This document shows positions 16,157-28,499 of a DNA stretch of 64,000 nucleotides, one piece after another. Numbering within the stretch: position 1 is the stretch's first letter; each line of letters starts with the position of its first letter. The translations under genes were made by a program, and so were the position numbers. Below the pieces are notes generated by a model that was not told where the DNA came from, did no database searches, and saw only the letters and a program-made list of their open reading frames with translations. Origin of the DNA: Octopus vulgaris. Taxonomy: Eukaryota. The stretch covers positions 40,486,001-40,550,000 of the forward strand of contig OX597820.1 of NCBI GenBank assembly GCA_951406725.2. Direction: 5' to 3'.

Positions 16157-16318
16157 AAGTTCATTACATAATATAAAAGCAGGCAAGACGATATATCAAG
16201 TTGAGTAAAAAGTAAGCAACGTTTTGAACCATGAAGAATTTGTATCGGATTTTTGCAGAGTTTTGAAATTTTTTTAAAGATCGTTTTGCAATTGCCTGCT
16301 AATACAGACATAGACTTT
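16157..16318 (+). repeat. Inverted duplicate of 15482-15641 (mariner end plus flank)
   Basis: Reverse-complement match that includes the TIR and ~38 bp of sequence outside the element. Confidence 0.9.
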
Positions 16319-18599
16319 AGCGATGGTTATCGTGATTATGGTGACAGTTACGATGCAGATAGCTGGTATGATTGAGGAGATAGCGGTACTTTTGTGTTTG
16401 ACTGTTGCCTTGGTAGAGCTGGTTGTTGTTTTAGTAGTTGATGTAGTAGAGGAAAATGTGTTGGGAGAATGTGTAGATGGGTAGGGTATCAAAAATAGAA
16501 ATAAATATAGATTTCTTTTAATGAACGGACGAAGAATCTCAATGGGACTTATGGAATTAAAATAATTGAAATTATTCAAATGATCTCTGATAAAGGGTTG
16601 TAACGGAAGACTATGATGTAGAATGGAATGACTGGTACAGAAAGAGAGGTGAGAGCCAATAAGGAGTAACGGGTTATTATGGGAAAAGAAAAGAAAGAAG
16701 ACAAAGTCAATGTGTATTTTAATAAACGAAGTCGAAACGAAGCTAAAAGTAAACATTTGTCCATATGAGAAAATTTAAGCCGTAAAAGAGGATTAAACCT
16801 TAAACAAAACCAAAAGCAGCAGTGGAAGTAAAGGTAGTAGAGATAGGAACTTTGACAATGCCTTTTACCTCTAGAACTAAGCTTATGTGAAAGAAACAAA
16901 TGGAATAGTTCCTATGGTAGTTTGGTAATGTTAGAATGTATTATGGCCTTGAATTGATATCCAGTTGAAGTGTGAAGATATTTGAATCACTCCAAGAATT
17001 ACTATTCCTAAATTCGATACTGTACTACATTATGCATGTCAGATTATTATACTCCACAGGTCTTGTGACTAACACACGCACACAATCTATTAATATATAC
17101 ACATTTCTACAACGCTTATAATCTTGCTTTCCTCTCCATCTGTCTATCTCTATTTCTCACACAAATTCACAAACACACTCTCACACACACTACACACATA
17201 CACACAGAGATTTCTTGCAACCTAAACATCAACATCGCTGATAATGACAAGATTTATCGCAATAATCATCCATATTCTCGATGCCAGAGGGAAGGATAAA
17301 CTAATACTGCCTTTTTTTATGTGGACTTGTGATCTGCTAGAATTAACACCCAAATAGCGTTCAAACAGTTTCCAACGATATTAAAGAAGTCAAGAAAAAT
17401 ATATGAACAATTTAATTTTGAATACACATTATTCGAAACCGTGTCCGTGCCGGACACGGTTGAACCATTAATCGACCAATAAAAGTATGTTTGTCCGATC
17501 AGGGCTGGCTGACCGAGACAAGACTGCAACAGACGAATAAAAAAATAATAATAAATAAAAGTAAAAACGCAAAGAAAAAGAGAAAAGGAAATGAAATTGA
17601 GAAATATTCTAAAACAATAAATTATATAGCCAAACATACAGAAAGGTAAAAAGGCATTAAAACTCATTTATATTCAACAGCACAGTAAGCTGTTCTGCAC
17701 AACTACGGTGTATGGCCCTATTAATTAGCAATAGAATATTATTAGTATTTAAAATTCTGAGCAAAGATTCCTGGAATATTCTTGATCTTTGCTTTTAATG
17801 GAAGAGAGTCAGGAATAGAAAGTCAAATTAACAGTGGTATTCGTCCGTAGATAATATCTCTTATGTACATGCTGTGCTTAAGGATACAAAAATATCAGTG
17901 CGGATGAACATTGTGAAATGGTAGTGCGGTACACAGAGGGCTATTTTAATGTAATAATGTTTTGTTGCCTTTTATGGGTAGTTTTTCAACATTGCAGCAT
18001 TGGTGATTTTTTTTCAGTCAAGCTTTTCTTACATCAGTTATGACAGATTCTGCTTTATCGTGGGTTTGCTGGTGGCGCACGGTACTGTCAACGGCAACGA
18101 GGCAGATATGCGCATCTACCATTCTTATCGCCACTGTCGAATGAGTTTTGTCTGATACTGATATATTTTTGTTTTCAAATACAGTGCGTCAACAAGAGAT
18201 ATAGACTCCGGATGAATATAAGAGTTCTACTTATCTTTCCGCGATGCATCTGCATGCTCAGTACGATACACTTATATACAAATGTGTGTGTGAGTGAGTG
18301 AGTGAATATGTGTGAGTGTGTATATGTATGTGTGCGTATATATATATATATGTATGTATATGTAGTTTTATATGTATATATGAATGTATACACACCCAAA
18401 CACACACATATATATATAGCAAGATAAAACAGCGATTCCATATACTAATATATGCATTATACAGCGCGTACAGGCTTAATTTGAATTCTTATCAAAGGAA
18501 AATGGAATATATTATCCATCTACACATAAAAGAAAAAATGAAAAAAATATCAATGGTAGTGGGGTAGTAGTGTACTGAAGAATATATTCGTCAAGACGG

Positions 18600-19260
18600 T
18601 TCCGGAATTTGGTACATGTCTTTCTCATTGTGTACCTGGAAAGATCTCCGAACACCTCCGTAATCTTGGCCACCAGCTCGGTTTTGTTGATGCAGGTACA
18701 TATAGTGTGTTTCTCATATGATGCAGGTACATATAGTGTGGCGCCACATAGTAATGCATGGGATTACAGTCGGAGGAAGGACGTGACAGAAACTGAGGCT
18801 TGTGAAGTAGAAATTCTCCGACAAATACTTCTGAATTTTTGTGGAGATATGCCAAGGAGTCGAATTCTGCTGCATCACATATAGCCTTCCATCAGCAGCC
18901 TTTCCAGACAGAGATTCCTCACAGTCTTCAGCAGCTTCAGCAGCTTACGTACCCGTAAGAATTGAACCTAAATATATGTTCAATGATTCAGAGACGCTGT
19001 CCCTTCCAGCTATCCACAGTTTCAAAATCTGCGTTTAAGCTGTCCATGTCAGATCTATAAACCCTTACATAGAGCACTGGGCAGCAGTCTTGATGTCATC
19101 ATTTTGATACTAGGCACGAATAAACTTGATACAGGTAACTTTTTTCCAACATCCAGATGCTTTCCTGTCTTCTATATCAGCTAAATTTTTCTCAGCTACA
19201 ACCTTGATCCTTATCATCTCTACTACCGACACTTGTTCACTAATACATCAAGCTGCTCTT
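18600..19260 (-). mobile_element. Highly decayed RTE-like LINE fragment
   Basis: Broken motifs on the minus strand: FIDLT...DFETVD, YLGSILT, VIP-ALLCGA. Confidence 0.4.
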
Positions 19261-19899
19261 AAAGAAAAAAAGTATACCTAAAAATCAGGAAATGTTGGGC
19301 GAACATCCTGTACTTAACATGTACGGTTTTGCTTTAATTAAAGCTTCACATCTGTCAAGTGTAGGACTTGGAAATGGAAACATATACCTTAGTAAATGTA
19401 CAATACATTCATTAAAGAAATGGAACGAGTTAACCGTCACTTGCTGGACAGTTTCATTTTTAAATTTCTGCTACAAATATATTTAATTTATCCAATGTAA
19501 GATTAAAATAAGATAATGCCTATGAATTTATTTATTTTTTCATTGTTTTCAATAAACAAAAAGCGTTTTCTCTGCACTTTGATGCTGGTGATATTGGTCT
19601 AACTATACATATCACCCACCAAACCAGAACAGTATCATATACGTATTAATTAGTTCGCCAATTCCCAATGGTGCATCACTGCTTTCTTTTCCAGTGTGAA
19701 AGCGTAATTGTTTCCAGTTTATAGAGTACTTATTGAACATAGAATGTCTGTCACCACGGATGGGTGCCAGAATGACAACCAATCAGTAAAGATGAGGAGA
19801 CGGTATGAACAATCAGTGTGGTGAGAGAGTTATTATTACATCTCTGATTTTCTCATCTAACATTGAGATCTGGAGTGATTATGGCCTGTAATAATTTAT

Positions 19900-19937
<38 letters not shown>

Positions 19938-19965
19938 GCAGCGATATGCACGCACAGGGATGTGC

Positions 19966-20014
<49 letters not shown>

Positions 20015-22532
20015 GCACACAGAGCTACACATCAAAATATACGGAAACTAGTTGATCACTTTTGAATACTTCTGTGCTTATTAATGGATAAAGGATAAAG
20101 ATGTGGACCACTTTATGCACAAACCTAAATCTCCTAAATAACTGACGATTTGGGATTTATATTATACCACGATAAAATATTTTGACACAATTTATATAAT
20201 CTCAATAAGTATAACCTAGAGTAAATTATATTGTATATTACGAAGAAAATATATGACAACATTGCAACGGTACTCGTTTGGGTTACGTGAGTGACCATTT
20301 AACAAATATGAATATAATTTTATCATAGCGAAAAGTGACTTGGCAGAATTCGCAACGGATGGGACAGAATTCATTAATTACTCGAATTTTTCTTTCCGAG
20401 TTGAACCCCGATCTTTTTTCCTTTTCCTGAGGCTGAAAATATAGGAAACTATAACGAATAGCCTTCTCACTGTACACTTCTCCACAAATGTGCGTCAATG
20501 GTGATGTTTCAGAAATCTGTAACATGTTCTAAATGATAACGCACATAACCGAGATTGCTGTGAGCTTTCCAAATCTATTTGATATTTTCCCCTTTTAGTT
20601 TCGTGTTCAACTTATATTAGCGACAGATTTCACCATTATCTCTCTAATATCAATGCAATATATAACTCTAGTAAGTGTACAGTTTCAACCAATTAACTAC
20701 ACACTTTCCCTTTATAAATATAATTTTGTATCTAGAGGGGAAAAAATCATTAATTTGGAATTTTTTAATTTCTAAGTTCAATGGCTGCTGAGAGCGAATT
20801 TGCCTTTCAGTGCACAGTAAAATATATAAGTACTATTAATATACTGGATTTGAGTCAATTAACTACATCCTTTTCTCACAAAAAAATTAACCTTGTGCAC
20901 ATTTAACAAATCAAAATATCGCTATAAGGAACAAAATGTCCCAATAGAAAACAGGTCATTTAATGTCAAATAGAGAAGACCGCGGGTTAATTTATAGGAA
21001 AAATTATACATCATAATGAAGATCGTATCATTAATGGTATTAAAACAAGTTCGACTGAATAATAAAATTAATAATTATCATTCACAAGGAAGAGATAGAA
21101 AGGGGAAGTGAGATAGGTGGGGAAAAGAGAGAAAGAAGAAAAGAGAAGAAAGAAAGAGGAAGTATACTAAAATGGTCTTGTTCTTTTCAAATTATTGTGA
21201 AGCAAAATATACAAAATACCAAAGTTTAAGAATAGTAGGAAATGCAACCACAGACCATTGATACTCGAATAAAATTAAATAAAATATTAAATAACAAAAT
21301 CGGAAGCAAATTCAAAAGAATTTTCCTGTTCTACATATCTTTATTCTGACTGTCTGATCAGAGTGTTCTTTTCTCAATGTTTTAAATGTTATCATTAAAA
21401 TTATTTCTGCTGCCGGTTTTGCAGCAACGACACTGCTACTGTTGTATGTGGAAAAATTCTGCAGGAGTAGTTGTGCATTTGACAGTTGTCTCGTGGCGAG
21501 ATTTTGAAATTCATTGTTAAAAATCTTCTCGCCGTATCAGCAGAAAGTGTCTTAAAACGTTAATTGTATTCAATTTTCCTGCTTTTAATTTTTAAATAAA
21601 TAAACAAATACCACGAAGAACGACGAATACTTCAGTTAAACGTGTTAATAGTTATGAGTAATTTTATACAAATTATCTGTTCCAAGAAACGTAGAACAAT
21701 AACGTCCCATCGTATCTAGCTGACGAAGCATTTTCGATTTTCGGTTGAGTAGCTACAAGGGTTTTCTTGTCCAGAAATAATTATCAAGCTTAATGATTCC
21801 TCTCCTTCCTGAACATTTATTCTTTCACTATACTTAGAATGCATGATGTCCTTCGATAATTTCTTTCAATAATTCTAAGGTTGTTTTACCATTTAATTTT
21901 CATTAAATCAAAATATTTCTCTCTCAGTCTTCTAGTATCAGACAAGTACTGGTAGAGTTACACTTCGATAGTGAGACCTAATTGGACTGAAGTATGCTTT
22001 TAATATATTTGCCAAGATAATATTCTTCATCCACAACTTATACACCTATTTTTCAATTATTTGGATTTTAAAATATTTTATTCGATTTACCTAACATGAA
22101 ACAACCACTAAAAATAATAGTTTTTGTAGCACTAAGATATAATTATTTAGGCATCTATATTGTTTGCTAAACTAAGGACATTACCCTACACTTAAATATA
22201 CGAGTTAATTTAGTAGCAATATCAATTCAAATATGAACCCACACTTAAACGCATGGAGAAGTATTTCTTTCCTTTCCCTAAAGTGTATCACCATGCTGTG
22301 TTTAATCTTTACCTTTAATAGCAAGTCTGAGTTGAAGAGAAACATTGCACAGATGCTGATGATTATACACAGCAAATAGTGACGGTAATTGCAATGAATT
22401 TGCCTTTTAGCAGTTGAAATATGACACAAACATATTTTAACTAACCTAAAATTTACTATATATTGTATTTCCGTTTTTATTCATTTTTGCTATTTAAGGA
22501 AAGTATATAATACATTTCTAAATGTAAATCTG

Positions 22533-22735
22533 TGAGCGGACAGAATCGTTGGGACTCCGGGCAAATTGCTTTGTTTCATTCCGTCCGTCTTTATTTTCTG
22601 AATTCAATTTCCTCCAAGTTCGATTTTACTATTCGGAGTCAATAAAACAATTATCATCTGGACACTAGCGTTGATGTAATCAAATTATTAGCCTCCTTCG
22701 AAACCGTTGGCCTTATGCCGAAATTTGAAACCAAT
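22533..22735 (+). mobile_element. SINE family A, degenerate
   Basis: tgagcggacagaatcgttgggactccgggcaaattgctt...ttctgaattcaatttcc...gccgaaatttgaaacc. Confidence 0.7.
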
Positions 22736-22839
22736 ACATATAGGAATTTTCTTTTTTGTTATTAATTTAAAAATAAAAAACTCTGTTGTATCTGAAAACT
22801 ACAACCAATTACATGCGAATCACAATATAAAAATGTTGA

Positions 22840-23040
22840 TCTCAGATGTTGGCACAAAGCTATCAATTTCGGGGAAAGGAACATCCTCACCAGTGTTCAA
22901 CCGGTATTTGTTTTATGGGACCCGAAATAATGAAGACAAAGTTGACGTCAGCGGATTTTGAACTTAGAACGTAAAGTAGTACGAAATGACACCAGACATT
23001 TTGACCGGCGTACGAACACCTCTGTCAGTCCGCCGCCTTA
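22840..23040 (-). mobile_element. SINE family A, degenerate, ~20-bp TSD
   Basis: Family match; TSD-like tcacaatataaaa(a)tRttga at 22820 and 23043. Confidence 0.75.
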
Positions 23041-23068
23041 ATTCACAATATAAAATATTGACTATGTA

Positions 23069-23920
23069 CGAGGGTGAGTCAAAAAGTAATGCCATTTTCT
23101 TTATTTCATGTGAAGTTTTTGATAAAAATAACTGAAAATTTTTCCAGATATAAATGATTATATCATTTACGTTCTGATATATTGTTTCTTACTTTACAGG
23201 TTTTTAGACTGGGATGGAAAATTCAAAATGGCTGCCCCCTTAGAGTTACGTCAAAAAAAAAGAGCAGTGATTGAACTCCTAGTTGCTGAGGAAACCTCTG
23301 TGAACATTCACCGATGATTAGAAAATGGCTTTGAGGACAATACTTTAGATTATAGCAATGTATGCAGGTGGATCCGTCGTCTGAAAGATGAAAAAGTGGG
23401 AACTGTGAGTATAGACGATAAACCCCGCTCTGGCAGTCCACCCGCTTCTGTGAGTCCTACCAATAAAGCAAAAGAGAATACAGGAGCATAACTCTTGATG
23501 AGTTGGCAGAAAACCTTGAAGTGAGCAATGGAAGAGCTTACATCATTGTCGAATCATTTCGCTTTTCCAAAGTAAGTGCCAAGAGAGAGCTGACTACCGA
23601 ACTGAGAGAGCTGACTACCGAACGCAATACTGACATAGTTCAATGCCTGCACTGAACTTCTCGAACAAATTCAAAGAGACAACACCTTCTTTCGAAGGCT
23701 CGTAACAGGTGATGAAATATGGGCTCATCAATATGAACCGGAATCTAAGAGGCAGTCAATTGAATGGCGTCACTCTACGTCACCACCACCGAAAAAGTTC
23801 AAGAACCAAAAGTCAGCTGAAAAAATCATGGCGACTGTCTTCTGGGATGCTCAAGGTGTCATTCTGGTCGATTTTCCAAAAGGGAAAAACAATAAACTTT
23901 GAGGCCTACATTGAGACAAG
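23069..23920 (+). mobile_element. Mariner element, 3'-truncated
   Basis: TA|CGAGGGTGAGTCAAAAAGTAATG TIR. Translation VTGDEIWAHQYEPESKRQSIEWRHSTSPPPKKFKNQKSAEKIMATVFWDAQGVILVDF covers the first catalytic D. Short tandem duplication at ~23585-23622. Confidence 0.9.
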
Positions 23921-23967
23921 TATATGCAATATACATATCAAATGTAATGTTATTAGATACAATATAA

Positions 23968-24527
23968 TGATTTCAAATTTTGCCACTAGGGAAGCGATTT
24001 TGGGGTAAGGGGTGAGTTGATTACATCTACTGGTACTTTATCGACCCCGAATAGATGAAAAATAAAGTCGACCTCGGTGGGATTTGAACTCAGAACGTAT
24101 CAATGGGCGAAATACCTATTTCTTTACTACCCACAAGGGGTTAAACACAGAGAGGACAAACAAGAACAGACAAACGGATTAAATCGATTATATCGACCCC
24201 AGTGCGTAACTGGTACTTATTTAATCGACCCCGAAAGGATGAAAAGCAAAGTCGACCTCGGCGGAATTTGAACGTAGCGGCAGACGAAATACCTATTTCT
24301 TTACTATCCACAAGGGGCTAAACACAGAGAGGACAAACAAGGACAGACAAACGGATTAAATCGATTATATCGACCCCAGTGCGTAACTAGTACTTAATTT
24401 ATCGACCCCGAAAGGATGAAAGACAAAGTCGACCTCGGCGGAATTTGAACTCAGAACGTAGCGACAGATGAAATACCGCTAAGCATTTCATTCAGCGCGC
24501 TAACGATTCTGCCATCTCGCCACCTTA
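23968..24527 (-). mobile_element. Compound SINE family A with an internal ~180-bp unit in three copies
   Basis: gtcgacctcggYgga at ~24067, ~24251 and ~24428; a single 5' head at ~24525. Confidence 0.85.
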
Positions 24528-25061
24528 TTAAATATAATACTAATTACACAGCAGTTAATAATTCTTATTCATTACAACACAGATTCTTTTGAAAAAGAAT
24601 TTACAAATGTTATAGAAACTAGTTAAGCATCGAAACATCACGATTATACTGTAAACAAAATTATTATTGAAAGTTTATAGAAAACTATTAAATGTATAAA
24701 TTATTCTAAAACTAAATTTATTCTCAAAATTTGATTCTTCGGATTGTGTGAAGTCCAGTTTAGTAATATCGAAGGAGCAGTCTTAGAAGAAAACAACTAT
24801 AATATTAAATATGGAACAAAAACTGAGGGCAGCATCCATGATCATATTTTGATTTAGTACGAGCACGTTGGAAAACCTTGGAGAAACATCAAAACTTTGA
24901 AGTATATCTTTATTTTTTGCAAGAAAAATTTTATAATACTAGATTAATAGCTTCCGCGTATAGTTTCTAAAGGTAGAATCGATCTACATATTCAAAGAAA
25001 CACACACAAACACACACGCACACACACATACATACTCGTATACACATATCTACATATTTAT

Positions 25062-25106
25062 AACTCCGGGCATGTTTCGATCTTATTGGATCTGTACAGC
25101 AAAGTT
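25062..25106 (-). ncRNA. Decayed minimal hammerhead-like motif
   Basis: Minus strand aactttg-CTGTACA-GATC caataa GATC-GAAAC AT GCC-cggagtt: 7-bp stem I (two G-U) and 4-bp stem II, but core positions are mutated. Confidence 0.4.
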
Positions 25107-25387
25107 TAGACTTAATCTATATAATTGATATTTACGTTGGGAAGACGGCAACATTCGCATAATAATTACAGTTATTTAAACCACTTAGCGATGACTATAT
25201 ATAAGCCCATCCTTCTAATTATGTACGGCCTTTGTCCTCTATAGAATCAGAACGAAGTGATAGTCATTTATAAATACATAATGCATTCTTCCTTGTTTTA
25301 TTTGCAAAACAATTGATTTAATAAATAAGATCACCCGTGATAAATATAATATAATATGATATAATATAATATATATATATACATATA

Positions 25388-25907
25388 CATGGTGGCTGGC
25401 CCCTCGTTATCGAGTATGGCCATTGCACGAAGCTTAATCAATGTTGTTATCGTTCAATGTCTGTGCAAGAGGATGTCTTTTCAAGTGAGGAAAGGCTGTG
25501 CACTGAGTCAATCCCACTCACTAAGCAACAGCAGCCATAATCCGAAAAGAATAACAATCAACATCATCGGTAACCACTGAGACGCAGGTTTTATGTCGGA
25601 GTTATCCCAGTTACCTGAGTTACCTTCTAGAAGGATGCCCTAACAAAGGCTAGGAGTCCTTCACTCCCAATGGTTTAACCGCGCGATCGGGTATTCACAT
25701 CCTTAAGACATTTATTGGATGGCCGTTGACTCTCAAGAGTTCCTCTGCCCTTTGACGGGCTTTGTTTTTTATCCCGCAGGGTGTCCAATAAACACCCTCC
25801 TCACCAAGAAAGCTTGGTGGGGTTGCCAGTTTAGTCTCCGTCGACCCGACCATGCAACAGGTTGTACTGGGTTACATGTTACCAGTAACACTCGAAAGTG
25901 ACCTGAC
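25388..25907 (-). mobile_element. Non-coding retroelement (RTE-like 5' UTR or SINE-like) next to (TACA)n
   Basis: GC-richer 520-bp block between simple repeats; head homologous to 2130-2230. Confidence 0.55.
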
Positions 25908-25934
25908 ATAATATACATACATACATAATATACA

Positions 25935-25971
<37 letters not shown>

Positions 25972-26356
25972 CTAGCTGTACCGCCCGGCGTCGCTCGGGT
26001 TTGTAAGGGAAATAACTATAAAGCATTTTTAGAGAGTTATAGCCAAAAAGTAGCAAAAAATGGAAAAAAAAATAATGGTAAATTTTTCTTTGAGAGTTAA
26101 AAAGGTCGAGTTGCGTCCCCTAGACAGTCTGTTGTTTGTGTTTCTGATTCTCGACCCCATGTCGAATTTATCGATTTTTTTCAGAACTGGGGGAACTTTT
26201 CAAAATTTTCGCTGCGTTAGTTTTGAATTATGACATTGGGCTATGTGTGTGTCAAGTTTCATCAGAATCGGTTGAAAGCCGTGGTCAGGGTGAGGGTACA
26301 ACCTAACAGACACACAGACACGCAGACAGACAAACTGCTGTTTATATAGAGAGAGA
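25972..26356 (-). mobile_element. Intact non-autonomous Helitron, 385 bp
   Basis: Minus strand A|TCTCTCTCTATATAAAC...CCCGAGCGACGCCGGGCGGTACAGCTAG|T: 5' TC, subterminal hairpin, 3' CTAG, inserted between A and T with no TSD. Confidence 0.9.
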
Positions 26357-27170
26357 TTACATATATATGTATATAAATGAAAAGATTTATAAACAAACGA
26401 CATAACGTATACTGAATGTAAAAACGAACGGGAGACAAACAGAAAGACTGTAATTCTTCATCAGTTATCAGCCAATTTGTAATATACAGTTTCGCACCTT
26501 TAATGATAAGACTGAGTGCTTCCAAATTGGTGGTGCCCGCAAAAAGAAGTTTTTCTTGCGGAGAATTAGGGAGAAGAGCAACCAAAACAAAGCAAGCAAA
26601 ATGCCACAGAGTGTGATTTAAGACGGTTGACGAGGACGAACAGTCGGACAAAATAAGGCCTTGGGGCCACGGAGACGAGAATAATGGGTAACGCTTAGAA
26701 AATGTATTGCAGTATGGAGAACGGTGAGACAGAATTTGCGACTTGTCAGCTACGGTGCTACTGTAAGAAAGGAAGAAAAGGAGGAAGTGGCCACTGGTCA
26801 CCTGATAGCAGCAGGCAGAGGAGAAAGACAGCACGGAGAGGTAGCGACAGTGAAAAAAAAAAAGGAAAGGGCTGAAAGGGAAGGAGAAAGGCTGGGGATT
26901 ACGAGAGGGAGATAGAAAAAACAGCGTAAGTAGAAAATGTAGACTAGAAGTGAGAGGGTGAGAGAAAGAGATGGGGAAAAAAATGAAGACAATAGATAGA
27001 GAGGGAGAGAAGAGAAAGTCACATGGGTATACAAAAAACTTGTAAATACAAATTCGGTGTGTGTTGCGTTCCATTACTTAATAAATGAAAATCAGTATCA
27101 ACAAACAACATAATGTATACTGAATGTAAAAACGTATACTGAATATATATATGTTTATTTAGATATTACA

Positions 27171-27393
27171 AGAGGAGAGGCCACTAGGTGGATCCTTTGT
27201 ATGCTAAAAATAGACGTCAAACCGTCCTACCACGAAATCTGTGTTCTCAAGTTAAGTGCTATGTTTATTTCTTTTCAATTGTCTAACTCATAAACATCTA
27301 GCGTCTTGCTAATTTGAGAACTCAGATTTCATGGTAGGGTGGTTTGACGTCTATTTTTAGCCTACCAGGTAGCCACTTAGAAGTCTTTCCTCT
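27171..27393. repeat. Imperfect inverted repeat (~80-bp arms), MITE-like
   Basis: agaggagagg...gctaaaaatagacgtcaaaccgtcctaccacgaaatctgtgttctcaa pairs with ttgagaactcagatttcatggtagggtggtttgacgtctatttttagc...ttcctct. Confidence 0.85.
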
Positions 27394-28344
27394 AGATTAT
27401 ATCGAATTCATGATCCTCGGACATTTTTTAAGTATGCTGACCGCTGGTTGAAATTGATATTATTTAATAATATTAATTTCTACTCTTATAGTGTTTACTC
27501 CCACTGCGTAGTACATTGAACAGGTGACTTCTAGAATACCCTTACACAGAGGAAAAGCAACAGAGAAGATTAGAGGGGAGGAGGTAAGGGGTTACAGGTC
27601 CAACAACTCTTTCTGGGGGATCGGAGATCCATCATAATGTTGGTAAATGTAATTTACCACCATCAAGATGATGTTGGTAGATTATGATTTTGGTAAATTA
27701 CATACACGAACAATATCATGGATCTCTGAGCTCCCAGAAACAGCTGTTGAACTTATAACACCTTACCTACACCTTCTAATTTTCTCTGTTGTTTGTTCTC
27801 TGTATAATTTTGATCTATTAACATCTAAATATCTATGCATTTATAGTAAAATATTTATTGTCTGAAAATTTTCAGTCTTTGCTTTCTTTTTCTTTACACG
27901 TACACACGCAATCACACACATATATATATACATATGTATATATATATATATATATATATATGTTGTATAAGGTAAGTCTACATTAATTCACTTATTTGTT
28001 TTCTTGTGATTTACCTTGAATTTACTTCACATTGTTTTGGCCTTACTCACGATCTTTTATACAATATAGTGTATATCAAATCCATCCTGTTATATTTAAT
28101 TAGTTTATCTGCATAATTGCCTCCATATCTGCTCACCTGGATTCCAGTTAAAGCTACTCGTTACCCCAAAGAATCGATCCCACATAATGACATTGGAGTC
28201 AATGTTTGTATCGTTTGAGCGCTATAGTGAATTCTATACCGAGAATCTTTGTATCTCATCTGGTGACTATATATATATGTACACCACATACACACACATA
28301 TATATATATATATATGTACATATATATATATATATGTACATATA

Positions 28345-28499
28345 TACGACAGGCTGCTTTCAGTTACCGTATACCAAATCCACTCACAAGGCTTTCGTCG
28401 GACCGAGGCTATAGTAGAAGACACTTGCCCAAGGTGCCACGCAGTGGGACTGAACCCGGAACCATGTAGTTCGTAAGCAAGCTACTTACCACACAGCCA
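28345..28499 (-). mobile_element. SINE family B, 5' half (tRNA head plus CORE-like domain)
   Basis: Minus strand tggctgtgtggtaag...gggttcagtcccactgcgtggcaccttgggcaagtgtcttc; matches the 31076 copy. Confidence 0.85.

Noticed and set aside
17420-17462. GAATA/TATTC stem plus GAAAC-CGT-GTC overlapping an 11-bp hairpin (aaccgtgtccg/cggacacggtt)
   Set aside because: The hairpin is real, but the 5' catalytic strand of a hammerhead is absent and I cannot support a function.
26262-27074. 270-aa minus-strand ORF
   Set aside because: Low-complexity F/S/L sequence from a pyrimidine-rich strand that runs into a Helitron; no recognisable domain.
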